Below the pieces are notes generated by a model. It worked only from the letters and a program-made list of their open reading frames with translations, searched no databases and was not told the DNA's origin. Shown here piece by piece: positions 32,076 to 43,990 of a stretch of DNA of 64,000 nucleotides. Within the stretch, counting starts at the first letter, position 1. Every line of letters starts with the position of its first letter. The translations under genes and the position numbers were made by a program. The DNA comes from Macrostomum hystrix (Eukaryota > Animalia > Platyhelminthes), in the NCBI GenBank assembly GCA_950097015.1, contig CATNEN010000003.1, forward strand, positions 15,004,001 through 15,068,000, read 5' to 3'.

Positions 32076-32738
32076 TGAGTAGCATGTTCTACAACCTAGC
32101 ATACTAACTCATAATTTTCACTTATCTCCATGCAGATTAATAAAACCTGCTTTCCACCCTGACTACCTTCAACCACACATAGATTTGCCTATAAATTCCT
32201 ATTTTTGTTTTTCTTAGCCGCTTACTCCGCCAAAAAACAAGCAAATTAAATGGTTTGCAAAGGAAAAAAAGAAACAGATTATGAAAACAGAATAATAAGG
32301 GCCAATTGCCATTAGTCTACGGTCAGTTTTCAAAGTCGAGAACAATAAATTTGAAAGCGGCATTTGTGGTCCTACACTTTTGAATTGCGGTTTTTTGTTT
32401 AATCCTAACTAAAGAATAGCGATAAGGATCTAGTTGAAAGTAGCCAGTATGGAATAAAAACTAGCTTCGCACCTTTGATTTACGGTTTCCGCTGTCGAAT
32501 ATTTTTTCAAAGTCTAATAGCTTGAAAAATAAGTAGATTAAGTTTTAAGCAAATAAATGCCGGTTTGTTGACTGCCGAATTCAAAGATTAACCGTGAATT
32601 CACGATGGCTGCCTTGCCTTACTCAATTAGGAAGATTAATTATGCTCCATGAATTTACAGAACAGAATGAGAAGGTGATTGAGCAGGATTTTTAGAGAAA
32701 CAGAATAACAAAACTAAATTTTTAAGGGGCTGAGTTTG

Positions 32739-33529
32739 CTGTTAGACAGAGCTACCTGTTAGACAGAGCTACCTGTTAGACAGAGCTACCTGTTAGACAG
32801 AGCTACCTGTTAGACAGAGCTACCTGTTAGACAGAGCTACCTGTTAGACAGAGCTACCTGTTAGACAGAGCTACCTGTTAGACAGAGCTACCTGTTAGAC
32901 AGAGCTACCTGTTAGACAGAGCTACCTGTTAGACAGAGCTACCTGTTAGACAGAGCTACCTGTTAGACAGAGCTACCTGTTAGACAGAGCTACCTGTTAG
33001 ACAGAGCTACCTGTTAGACAGAGCTACCTGTTAGACAGAGCTACCTGTTAGACAGAGCTACCTGTTAGACAGAGCTACCTGTTAGACAGAGCTACCTGTT
33101 AGACAGAGCTACCTGTTAGACAGAGCTACCTGTTAGACAGAGCTACCTGTTAGACAGAGCTACCTGTTAGACAGAGCTACCTGTTAGACAGAGCTACCTG
33201 TTAGACAGAGCTACCTGTTAGACAGAGCTACCTGTTAGACAGAGCTACCTGTTAGACAGAGCTACCTGTTAGACAGAGCTACCTGTTAGACAGAGCTACC
33301 TGTTAGACAGAGCTACCTGTTAGACAGAGCTACCTGTTAGACAGAGCTACCTGTTAGACAGAGCTACCTGTTAGACAGAGCTACCTGTTAGACAGAGCTA
33401 CCTGTTAGACAGAGCTACCTGTTAGACAGAGCTACCTGTTAGACAGAGCTACCTGTTAGACAGAGCTACCTGTTAGACAGAGCTACCTGTTAGACAGAGC
33501 TACCTGTTAGACAGAGCTACCTGTTAGAC
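32739..33529. repeat. 17-bp minisatellite (CTGTTAGACAGAGCTAC), interrupted by the LTR element
   Basis: About 46 apparently perfect units; about 3 further units resume at 38132-38183. Confidence 0.97.
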
Positions 33530-33790
33530 TGTAGCAGCAGCAGTTCTAGTTTCAAGCGTTATTAAGCTTCAGCACCGTTAACTTACATACTTGTTACTTA
33601 GACTTTAGAGCAAAGCCCCTAATATAGAGCGCATATAATATCCTCTTGTCTATGGTTAATACTGACACATAAATACAGTCACTCAAGCCCAGAAGTCTTA
33701 GCCGGGCGAGACCGCTAAGGCATAACGTCCTATCTTACGTTCCACTGCAAACATCTGCCTTTCTTAGTTGTAGCTTTTAAGACGGCTACA
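33530..33790 (+). repeat. 5' LTR
   Basis: TG...CA ends; identical by eye to 37871-38131. Confidence 0.96.
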
Positions 33791-33793
33791 AAT

Positions 33794-33805
33794 TGGTAGC
33801 AGAGC
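33794..33805 (+). other. Primer-binding site complementary to the 3' end of initiator tRNA-Met
   Basis: TGGTAGCAGAGC lies 3 nt after the 5' LTR; animal tRNA-iMet ends in ...CTCTGCTACCA. Confidence 0.8.
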
Positions 33806-33829
33806 GTGTGACAAGGCTGCAATACCGCG

Positions 33830-34654
33830 ATGCCCAACAAACGAAACCAACGACGAACCGAGGCTAACCACGGCCCTTCTGCTTCCGCCGACGTAGCCAG
33901 CACAACACCTACTGTCCAAGAGCCCGGCAACCGTGGCACGGTCCGCCCGGCTCCCTTCTACCGAAAAGCGCCAGACGTATGGTTCCGCCAGCTGGAATCC
34001 CAATTCATCTTAGCACGCGTTACCTGCTCGACGACAAAGTTCCACCACGCCCTGGCCGCGCTGCCAGAAGATGTCGCCTGTGACATGGTGGACGTTGAAG
34101 ACAACTACGAAGCGCTGAAGGCGGCCGTGACGGAAATGCTTCGCGCCAACCGCCACCAGCGCATCGAAGAAGCGCTCGCAGCTGTCGAGCTCGGTGATCG
34201 CCGCCCCACGCAGCTGGTTACGGACATCCGGCGTCGCTTCACAGAGGTTGGACTACAGGTAGACGACTCGATCGTAAAATCTCGCCTGCTTTCCGCCCTT
34301 CCCGGCAACATCCGTTCAGCGCTCGTCGGCCATGAGTCTGAAGCGCTCGACAATTTTGCCAAGATCGCCGACAGCATGCTGGCAGTCGCCGGTCCCCTGA
34401 CACCTTTCCACACCATCGCGCGAGCCACAGCGACACCCACCGCCTCTCCCCAAGGAAGTGCTCGAGAGGCTCGACCGCAGCGACGCCCTCGACAACAGAG
34501 ACAGAAGGTCTGCAACGCCCACATCTACTACGGCGCAGACGCTCGCACCTGCCGACCATGGTGCCAGTGGCCCGAATCCAAGCCGCAGCGTGTGCTCAAC
34601 AGCCGCCAGGCTACGCCGGCCCAGTCGCGCGCCGTCAGCCCAACAAACATGTAG
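33830..34654 (+). CDS. gag: Retrotransposon Gag (CsRn1-type)
   Basis: 274 aa; N-terminal WFxQxExQF...TKF motif and a C-x2-H-x9-C-x3-C knuckle (CNAHIYYGADARTCRPWC). Confidence 0.92.
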   Translation: MPNKRNQRRTEANHGPSASADVASTTPTVQEPGNRGTVRPAPFYRKAPDVWFRQLESQFILARVTCSTTKFHHALAALPEDVACDMVDVEDNYEALKAAVTEMLRANRHQRIEEALAAVELGDRRPTQLVTDIRRRFTEVGLQVDDSIVKSRLLSALPGNIRSALVGHESEALDNFAKIADSMLAVAGPLTPFHTIARATATPTASPQGSAREARPQRRPRQQRQKVCNAHIYYGADARTCRPWCQWPESKPQRVLNSRQATPAQSRAVSPTNM

Positions 34655-37600
34655 GTCATGCGCCAGGGCCGAGCCATGACCTCAACGAGGCCTCTTCGCT
34701 GTTACTACCCTGCAAGTTGTTCGGAAAAACTGTTCGTTTCGTTGTGGACACCGGCGCCGAGCGCTCCCTACTACCGTTGGACCTCGCTCCTCGACACCTG
34801 CTGGCTCCCACGCAAGTCCGCCTACGCAGCGTTGATGGTCGCGAATTCCACACTCTTGGCCAGTGCTCGCTATCCCTCGCTGTCCCGGATCTACGCCGCC
34901 TCTTTTCTGCGAACTTCATCGTCACTAACACACCGCCGATTTTGGGAGCCGACTTCCTAGCTAAGTTCGGTCTCCTGATCGACATGCGCAACAAGCGGGT
35001 GCATGACCCGACTACGGAGCTCAATGCCTCTCTCCATGCAGCAGCGGAAGTAGCACCGCGCGTACTAGCTACATCGTCAGTGCTAGCAACACCTCTCGAC
35101 GCTTTCCCACAACTAGCAGAAGCCCCAGACTATTCGTCTGCTCCTTCGTCAAGCACAGTCAGTCACCAGATCATCACCGACAGCAAGCCGCTTTTCTGCC
35201 GCCCCCGCCCACTCCCTCCAGCCAAGTTCGACGCAGCAAAGGCGGAGTTCGACCAGCTTCTCCGTCTCGGCATCGTGCGACCCGCCGCCAGCCCATGGGC
35301 GTCCCCTCTCCACATGGTGAAGAAGAAGGACGGCTCGTGGTGCCCCTGCGGAGACTACCGCGCACTCAATGCAGTGACCAAGCCAGATCGCTACCCGATA
35401 CCACACATCGGTCATTTTCATCATCGACTCCACAACGCACGAGTGTTCAGCAAGCTTGACCTGGTCAAGGCCTACCACTTCGTGCCCATTGCCGAGGAGG
35501 ACATCGAGAAAACTACAGTCTGCACGCCATTCGGCTCGTTTGAGTATCTACGCATGCCGTTCGGCCTGCGCAACGCAGCTAGCACTTTTCAACGATTTGT
35601 CGACTCCATTTTCCGCGACATGCCATTCGTCGTCACCTACATCGATGACATTCTGATCCACAGCGCCGGCCGTGAGGACCACGACGCACATCTACATGCC
35701 GTACTTCAACGCCTGAGCGATACCGGCCTGCGAGTGAGCCCTCACAAATGTCAATTCTACCAGGACACCATTGAGTTCTTAGGTCATCAGATTTCCGGAG
35801 ACGGGATCCGACCACTGCCTGATCGAGTGAGCGCCCTACGAGCCCTCCCGACGCCCAAGGACAGCAAGGAGCTACAGCGCTACCTCGGCATGTTCGGCTT
35901 TTATCAGCGCCACATTCCGCACTACGCGCAACTACTGATCCCGCTGCGACGACTTCTGCACAACACCTTCGATTGGCTCCCAGAGCATGACCTGGCATGG
36001 CGTTCGCTGCAAGACGCACTCGCCGACTCCGTCACACTCGCCTTTCCTCACCCTCGAGCCAACTTCACAGTAACGACAGACGCCAGCTCTATGGCCCTCG
36101 GAGCCTGCCTGCACCAAGTAGTAGACGGTGACTCTACGCCTCTCGCCTTTCTCTCAAGGAAGCTCTCCGACACCGAAGCTGCGTACAGCACCTTCGATCG
36201 GGAGCTACTCGCTATCTTCGCCGCCATCAAAGCTTGGAAACACCTGCTTCAAGGCCAGACGGTGACGGTGTTCTGCGACCACAAGCCAATTATCGGCGCC
36301 TTCGCAAGCAACAAGGAACGCTTCTCCGACAGACAGCAGCGCCAAATGTCGGCAATCTCCGAGATCGTCACGGACATTGTTCACATTGCCGGCAAAGCCA
36401 ACGTCGTCGCCGACGCACTGTCACGGCCCTCAAAAGACCGCGAAAACAGCTCAACATCCGAGGCGCTGGTCGCCGCCGCACAGGAGATAGTCCCGACAGA
36501 CGAAACCACGCATGCGTTACCCAGCATTGACCTACCGGCAATTGCACGCGCACAACAGTTGGATTCAACGCCGACACCGGAGTCCGACGCTTTCAAGCTC
36601 TTTGACATCGGACTGACTGACTGCCAACTACTCTGTGAGACATCCTACCCCAATCCGCGGCCAGTCGTGCCACCGGAGTTGCGAAAGCACATCTTTACAT
36701 CGATTCATTCATTAGCCCATCCTGGTGTCAAGGCTAGCTGCCGATTGATCAGCCACCGCTACTTTTGGTCCGAGATGTCGCGCGACGTGCGCCGTTGGGC
36801 AGAAGAATGCCAGCAGTGCCAAGCCAACAAAGTCACTCAGCATGTGCGCCGACCACTAGATCAGCTACCAACACCCTCTCAGCGATTCACAACGGTACAC
36901 ATGGATATCGTCGGGCCATTAACGCCCCCGGAAGCTGATGGTCGACAACTACCACGCTACCTACTTACAATCATCGACGCCTACACGCGTTGGTTGGAGG
37001 CCGTCCCGCTGATCGACATCTCCGCCGCGTCCGTCGCCCGTGGATTCCTCAGCGCCTGGGTGTCTCGCTTCGGTCCACCTCTGACGCTCATCACGGACCA
37101 GGGTGCCCAGTTCCGCGCCGAGCTCATGGCAGAACTTACCAAGCTGTTCGGCATCCATCACATCAGAACCTCAGCGTACAACCCCCGAGCCAACGGCCTG
37201 GTCGAGCGAGCACACCGCTCGCTAAAGGCTGCCCTTCGGGCTCGAGGACGCTGTTGGCTTGAACAACTGCCAATTGTGCTACTCGGACTGCGGATTCAGC
37301 CGGACGACGCTGGACACTGCCCGTTTTCCGGAGTGACCGGCGAGCAACCAATCGTGCCTCCAGTAGTAACAGACGATTCAAGCCTGCACCAACTATCCGA
37401 TCGCTTCCACAACCTTTTCTACCCCTACCGTTTGCCGCGCACACGACAAACGCCGACACACCTTCCGGGCAACCTGGAAGACTGCAGCCACGCCTGGCTC
37501 CGTCTCGACCGCGTACGGAAGCCGCTAGAAGCACCTTACCAGGGTCCGTTTCGCGTACTGCACAGGTCACCAATTACATTCACCCTCGACATCCGGGGGA

Positions 37601-37737
37601 CGCCAACGAACGTGACCATCGACCGCGTGAAGCCAGCACGGCTGCCGAGCCCACAGTGCGAAATGCCGCCCATCACCACCGATGCGGAGGACTCTATACG
37701 TTCACGGTTGAGACCCCGCCGCGTCACTTTCACTTGA
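34558..37737 (+). CDS. pol: Retrotransposon Pol (PR-RT-RH-IN), in the -1 frame relative to gag
   Basis: DTGA protease, LRMPFGL and YIDD in RT, TDAS RNase H, HHCC zinc finger, D-D-E integrase (MDIVGP, TDQG, VER) and a GPF motif. No env or chromodomain seen. Probably entered by frameshift near 34648. Confidence 0.96.
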   Translation: MVPVARIQAAACAQQPPGYAGPVARRQPNKHVGHAPGPSHDLNEASSLLLPCKLFGKTVRFVVDTGAERSLLPLDLAPRHLLAPTQVRLRSVDGREFHTLGQCSLSLAVPDLRRLFSANFIVTNTPPILGADFLAKFGLLIDMRNKRVHDPTTELNASLHAAAEVAPRVLATSSVLATPLDAFPQLAEAPDYSSAPSSSTVSHQIITDSKPLFCRPRPLPPAKFDAAKAEFDQLLRLGIVRPAASPWASPLHMVKKKDGSWCPCGDYRALNAVTKPDRYPIPHIGHFHHRLHNARVFSKLDLVKAYHFVPIAEEDIEKTTVCTPFGSFEYLRMPFGLRNAASTFQRFVDSIFRDMPFVVTYIDDILIHSAGREDHDAHLHAVLQRLSDTGLRVSPHKCQFYQDTIEFLGHQISGDGIRPLPDRVSALRALPTPKDSKELQRYLGMFGFYQRHIPHYAQLLIPLRRLLHNTFDWLPEHDLAWRSLQDALADSVTLAFPHPRANFTVTTDASSMALGACLHQVVDGDSTPLAFLSRKLSDTEAAYSTFDRELLAIFAAIKAWKHLLQGQTVTVFCDHKPIIGAFASNKERFSDRQQRQMSAISEIVTDIVHIAGKANVVADALSRPSKDRENSSTSEALVAAAQEIVPTDETTHALPSIDLPAIARAQQLDSTPTPESDAFKLFDIGLTDCQLLCETSYPNPRPVVPPELRKHIFTSIHSLAHPGVKASCRLISHRYFWSEMSRDVRRWAEECQQCQANKVTQHVRRPLDQLPTPSQRFTTVHMDIVGPLTPPEADGRQLPRYLLTIIDAYTRWLEAVPLIDISAASVARGFLSAWVSRFGPPLTLITDQGAQFRAELMAELTKLFGIHHIRTSAYNPRANGLVERAHRSLKAALRARGRCWLEQLPIVLLGLRIQPDDAGHCPFSGVTGEQPIVPPVVTDDSSLHQLSDRFHNLFYPYRLPRTRQTPTHLPGNLEDCSHAWLRLDRVRKPLEAPYQGPFRVLHRSPITFTLDIRGTPTNVTIDRVKPARLPSPQCEMPPITTDAEDSIRSRLRPRRVTFT

Positions 37738-37870
37738 ACTATGCGTAAATTGTACCCCATTGACACTGACGTTTGCTCCCTATCGCGCGCAGGTGTGTTT
37801 GCTTGACATTGCTTATGATCCTATATGCTTCATGAGTTATCCCCTTACCTGCCTTTGGGAGGGGGGTATT

Positions 37871-38131
37871 TGTAGCAGCAGCAGTTCTAGTTTCAAGCGT
37901 TATTAAGCTTCAGCACCGTTAACTTACATACTTGTTACTTAGACTTTAGAGCAAAGCCCCTAATATAGAGCGCATATAATATCCTCTTGTCTATGGTTAA
38001 TACTGACACATAAATACAGTCACTCAAGCCCAGAAGTCTTAGCCGGGCGAGACCGCTAAGGCATAACGTCCTATCTTACGTTCCACTGCAAACATCTGCC
38101 TTTCTTAGTTGTAGCTTTTAAGACGGCTACA
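37871..38131 (+). repeat. 3' LTR
   Basis: Identical to the 5' LTR and preceded by the PPT. Confidence 0.96.
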
Positions 38132-39242
38132 AGACAGAGCTACCTGTTAGACAGAGCTACCTGTTAGACAGAGCTACCTGTTACATCGATTTGAAAGCCC
38201 TAGTTTTCATCCCTAGAGTTTTTTAATCGGTATACAATCCCCATAGACTAGGAGTTCAAAAATCCATCGATCCGTTAATACCGTAGAAGTAAAGTTGCAA
38301 ACCTTTGATTCATCTAACCTAAAATCCCTGCAATCAAACAAACGCGTTAATCCATATTACTTGTGTACCCAGAGCTCGTTAATCCTTTAATTCCTAGGCT
38401 TGAAATCCCTGCGACTCTGTTTCCAAAACAAAATCTAGCTCTATTAAATCGTCTAAGGGGTCTGCTGAGACTAGCTGCTCATGTAGAGTTTCCTCATCAG
38501 CTTCTGCTCGACCTCATTACGACCGCAGTCCAGATAAATTGACTCAAAAGAAGGTTGAAATCAGTGCAACAGAAAAAAAGTTTTTGCTCACGCCTAGGAA
38601 AAGATTAGTTGCAGTTTCGAAGTGCCGAATCAGAGCTAATCAGAGCCCCGTCATCTCGTCTGGGATCCGTTTCAAATGGAATAAAAAGTCCGAGCAAAAA
38701 ATATATTGGGAATATTGAGAGCAGTGCCAATAGATTTGGTTCTCCCAGGCGCAGTTCATTACCAGTCGAGACCCGGTAGAAAAGATTTCTGAAAATAAAA
38801 CCAACCGTTAGAAGATGGCAGATTTTCTGGCACATTGGGAGGCGGGAGAGAATGAGGAAAATTGTTAGGCGCATCGTGTTCGCAGCTGCTCCACATCTAG
38901 ACCCTGCTCAAAATTACTCAGCAACACAACCCACCACTGTACCCTACGACTACTGGACAGCCCTTGCAGCAAGCAAAACAGACCGGACCCGGCCCACCGC
39001 GGTTCTGTCTCGTGTGTCAGCTCGAAATTAATATAATAAACGACTCAACTGAGTCCAATGCGAGGCCGCTGAGTAACCCTGCAGCCCTGCGCTATATATA
39101 GAGTAACAGCTCACTTTTTTGCAGACATTATTTTTCCCTTAGAAATTGTTTTTATGCACTCCTTTGGGTTGTGAACTCAAACTTTCATATATTGCCGACT
39201 AAAATGCCTTAACTTGCTTTCCGAGCTGCTAAAGTAGGAAAA

Positions 39243-40993
39243 AATCAGTGTACATTCTGGTGGCTGAGAGATGTCGAGGGTTGGTAAGGAATCAGTGTAC
39301 ATTCTGGCATCTGAGAGATGTCGAGGGTTGGTAAGGAATCAATGTACATTCTGGCGGCTGAGAGATGTCGAGGGTTGGTAAGGAATCAATGTACATTCTG
39401 GTGGCTGAGAGATGTCGAGGGTTGGTAAGGAATCAGTGTACATTCTGGCGTCTGAGAGATGTCGAGGGTTGGTAAGGAATCAGTGTACATTCTGGTGGCT
39501 GAGAGATGTCGAGGGTTGGTAAGGAATCAGTGTACATTCTGGCGGCTGAGAGATGTCGAGGGTTGGTAAGGAATCAATGTACATTCTGGCGTCTGAGAGA
39601 TGTCGAGGGTTGGTAAGGAATCAGTGTACATTCTGGTGGCTGAGAGATGTCGAGGGTTGGTAAGGAATCAGTGTACATTCTGGCATCTGAGAGATGTCGA
39701 GGGTTGGTAAGGAATCAATGTACATTCTGGCGGCTGAGAGATGTCGAGGGTTGGTAAGGAATCAGTGTACATTCTGGCGGCTGAGAGATGTCGAGGGTTG
39801 GTAAGGAATCAATGTACATTCTGGCGGCTGAGAGATGTCGAGGGTTGGTAAGGAATCAGTGTACATTCTGGCGGCTGAGAGATGTCGAGGGTTGGTAAGG
39901 AATCAATGTACATTCTGGTGGCTGAGAGATGTCGAGGGTTGGTAAGGAATCAGTGTACATTCTGGCATCTGAGAGATGTCGAGGGTTGGTAAGGAATCAA
40001 TGTACATTCTGGCGGCTGAGAGATGTCGAGGGTTGGTAAGGAATCAGTGTACATTCTGGCGGCTGAGAGATGTCGAGGGTTGGTAAGGAATCAATGTACA
40101 TTCTGGTGGCTGAGAGATGTCGAGGGTTGGTAAGGAATCAGTGTACATTCTGGCGTCTGAGAGATGTCGAGGGTTGGTAAGGAATCAATGTACATTCTGG
40201 CGGCTGAGAGATGTCGAGGGTTGGTAAGGAATCAGTGTACATTCTGGCATCTGAGAGATGTCGAGGGTTGGTAAGGAATCAATGTACATTCTGGCGGCTG
40301 AGAGATGTCGAGGGTTGGTAAGGAATCAGTGTACATTCTGGCGGCTGAGAGATGTCGAGGGTTGGTAAGGAATCAGTGTACATTCTGGTGGCTGAGAGAT
40401 GTCGAGGGTTGGTAAGGAATCAGTGTACATTCTGGCATCTGAGAGATGTCGAGGGTTGGTAAGGAATCAATGTACATTCTGGCGGCTGAGAGATGTCGAG
40501 GGTTGGTAAGGAATCAATGTACATTCTGGCGGCTGAGAGATGTCGAGGGTTGGTAAGGAATCAATGTACATTCTGGTGGCTGAGAGATGTCGAGGGTTGG
40601 TAAGGAATCAATGTACATTCTGGCGGCTGAGAGATGTCGAGGGTTGGTAAGGAATCAGTGTACATTCTGGCGGCTGAGAGATGTCGAGGGTTGGTAAGGA
40701 ATCAGTGTACATTCTGGTGGCTGAGAGATGTCGAGGGTTGGTAAGGAATCAGTGTACATTCTGGCATCTGAGAGATGTCGAGGGTTGGTAAGGAATCAAT
40801 GTACATTCTGGCGGCTGAGAGATGTCGAGGGTTGGTAAGGAATCAATGTACATTCTGGCGGCTGAGAGATGTCGAGGGTTGGTAAGGAATCAATGTACAT
40901 TCTGGTGGCTGAGAGATGTCGAGGGTTGGTAAGGAATCAGTGTACATTCTGGCGGCCGAGAGATGTCGAGGGTTGGTAAGGAATCAGTGTACA
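39243..40993. repeat. 47-bp minisatellite
   Basis: About 37 units of GAATCAGTGTACATTCTGGCGGCTGAGAGATGTCGAGGGTTGGTAAG. Confidence 0.97.
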
Positions 40994-41558
40994 GTCGAAC
41001 GTTTAGGAGACTGTAATAGTGTTTAGTTATGAAATAAATAAAGGTGGCATTTTTATGGAAGTACGAACTAAAAGAACTCTTACCTTGATAATAACAGAAT
41101 TATCGTATCAGGAGACTTCTAGAGGTCCATCTGCGTTAATTATACAGCCACTTGTCTTAAAAGTGTTACGCAGGTCGAAGTAATTTTGCCATTAACGATC
41201 TGAACCAATGATAAAACACAGTTTTTTGCTTCGAAAGAAATCCCAAAGCAAAATACACAGCCGAATTCGTAATTTTGCAGGCTACATTCAAGGCATCATC
41301 GGCATTTCTGGAATGCCAGAACGAATCGCAAATACTTGTATCTGAAGGGATGGAAAAGCATTTACTTTTTTAAAACGCGAAATAAAAAACTAACGAATGT
41401 TTCCATAATATACGAGCTATTTACAGTACATATTATATTACTAGAACGTCATTTGGTGACAATTGATCCACAGCCAGCGAGTATGCGATTCTGCCTTTTT
41501 CGCGGACTCTGTGACAGTCAAAATGACCACAATAAATACTCACTGTACCTTGTTTCTA

Positions 41559-42030
41559 GTGTGGGAGTGAATGGGAGAGTGTGGGAGTGAATGGGAGAGT
41601 GTGGGAGTGAATGGGAGCGTATGGGAGTGAATGGGAGCGTGTGGGAGTGAATGGGAGATTGTGGCAGTGAATGGGAGAGTGTGGGAGTGGATGGGAGCGT
41701 GTGGGAGTGAATGGGAGATTGTGGCAGTGAATGGGAGAGTGTGGGAGTGGATGGGAGCGTGTGGGAGTGAATGGGAGAGTGTGGGAGTGAATGGGAGCGT
41801 ATGGGAGTGAATGGGAGAGTGTGGGAGTGAATGGGAGAGTGTGGGAGTGAATGTGAGAGTGTGGGAGTGAATGTGAGAGTGTGGCAGTGAATGTGAGAGT
41901 GTGGCAGTGAATGTGAGAGTGTGGCAGTGAATGTGAGAGTGTGGCAGTGAATGTGGGAGTGTGGGAGTGAATGGGAGAGTGTGGCTGTGAATGTGAGAGT
42001 GTGGCAGTGAATGTGAGAGTGTCGGAGTGT
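41559..42030. repeat. 20-bp G-rich minisatellite (GTGGGAGTGAATGGGAGAGT)
   Basis: About 23 units; GGG tracts every 10 bp in the left part. Confidence 0.93.
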
Positions 42031-42619
42031 ATGGGTGAATCGGTTTAATTGACCTGTATATTGAGCTCAGTAAATATCTATTTATTCCACATGCAGCCGA
42101 AAATCAGCAGCTTCTGAAGCAGCCAGCCAGCCAGCCAGAGGCTATTTGCAATCTGCAGAAAAGGCGTTTTCGACGTCGGCCTCGCATGCATTAACTACGC
42201 ATTGAGCAAAGGAGACATCAGCAGCAGCAGCAGCAGCAGCAACTACAGAAACCCGACAGCAACAACAGAATAAGAATAAAAAGAAGAAGTATAGACGGAC
42301 TCGCAGTACCCAGTTTGGGCAGCAACAGTGCAGATCCTACGAAATTAAGAAACGTTGTCTACTATACACAAGCTGTCAACTTACTAGCAGTCAATTTGTC
42401 TACCTAACGTAGCTCGTAAATGGATTTTCTGGTCGAATAAGGAGCCTTAGCTGTTTCAACACAGCGTTAATCGATATTAACAAGAAAATTTAGAAAAAAC
42501 GTAGCAATCTTTCGGTGCCTTTGTTCGTCCAAATTATGATTTGTCTAAATTCTCTTTTGTTAAATTGTGAATTTTGACTTTTAACATCAACCTAGTGTTT
42601 TTACTTCATTTAAAATTAG

Positions 42620-43183
42620 GTGGAAGACACTGGGGTACTAGTGGAAGACACTGAGGTAACAGTGGAAGACACTGAGGTACCAGTGGAAGACACTGAGGTA
42701 CCAGTGGAAGACACTGAGGTACCAGTGGAAGACACTGAGGTACCAGTGGAAGACACTGAGGTACCAGTGGAAGACACTGAGGTACCAGTGGAAGACACTG
42801 AGATACCAGTGGAAGATACTGAGATACCAGTGGAAGACACTGAGGTACCAGTGGAAGACACTGAGGTACCAGTGGAAGACACTGAAGTACCAGTGGAAGA
42901 CACTGAGGTACCAGTGGAAGACACTGAGATACCAGTGGAAGACACTGCAAGATACCAGTGGAAAATACTGCAAGATACCAGTGGAAGATACTGAGATACC
43001 AGTGGAAGACACTGAGGTACCAGTGGAAGACACTGAGGTACCAGTGGAAGACACTGAGATACCAGTGGAAGACACTGCAAGATACCAGTGGAAAATACTG
43101 CAAGATACCAGTGGAAGATACTGAGATACCAGTGGAAGACACTGAGGTACCAATGGAAGACACTGAGGTACCAATGGACACTG
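42620..43183. repeat. 21-bp minisatellite (CAGTGGAAGACACTGAGGTAC)
   Basis: About 26 units. Confidence 0.95.
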
Positions 43184-43990
43184 GCGTACAAACTTGTACT
43201 TGTACGTGTACGAAGGGAAAGATAGAAGGTCACAGTCGTGCAGGCCTAATTACGAAACCAACTGTACAGCCACGAACCGAATACATTTTCTCAGCTTATT
43301 AATGAAGCGTTTTATTTCCTGAAAACTGTTTTTAAGCATAGAACATTATTTTGTAAACAAATACATGAAAATAGAAACATGAAATTAGTTACAGTTTGCT
43401 GATGTAAGCAGAAAGGTTTATAGAGATTTTCGAACAGGAAGTTAGTATCAACAAGGAGTCAATAGCAGATAGAAATACTGAACATATCAGTAAAAATACT
43501 TGTTTGAAACTGATTGTTCATAGGCTATCGTTTTAAATGTTTAAAATAAAATAAATTAAAGTAGAAATGGCAAGCCTTTAAGGTAAACAAATCATATTGT
43601 CAAGAAAAAGCAATTAAAACAGAAGGTAAAAAAACAAAATCAGCAAAATAAGTCCACAAAAATTGCACATGCTTTGTTACAGAAATTACAGAAGAAAACT
43701 ATTATTAGTGAGCAACTGCAGAAAATGAAGTAGCGAACCACTGTAATTACTCGTAAGCAAGAAATAAGACTTTCGATCTATTATTTTTTAAGTATCTAAA
43801 GCCGAAGCTTCAAAAGCTAATAATTTCGACTGGATTCATGCGCATGCAAACTACTTAATTAATAAAATGTTAGTAGTACTGCTCAGTTTTGAAATTAATC
43901 ATTAACGAGTTCAAAACAAACTTTAACCGCGTTAAAATAGTATTACGATCCGGCGTACTCGAGGATTACCAAATGGAAAAGAGGTCCTAC

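Larger units (their letters stand above)
33530..38131 (+). mobile_element. Full-length Ty3/Gypsy LTR retrotransposon, CsRn1/Kabuki-like
   Basis: Two 261-bp LTRs (TGTAGC...GCTACA), TSD AGAC (33526-33529 and 38132-38135), PBS TGGTAGCAGAGC at 33794-33805, PPT GGGAGGGGGG at 37857-37866, and open gag and pol ORFs. Confidence 0.97.

Noticed and set aside
34105-37766. Antisense and alternative-frame ORFs within the retrotransposon
   Set aside because: Expected shadows of GC-rich gag/pol coding sequence; no recognisable motifs.
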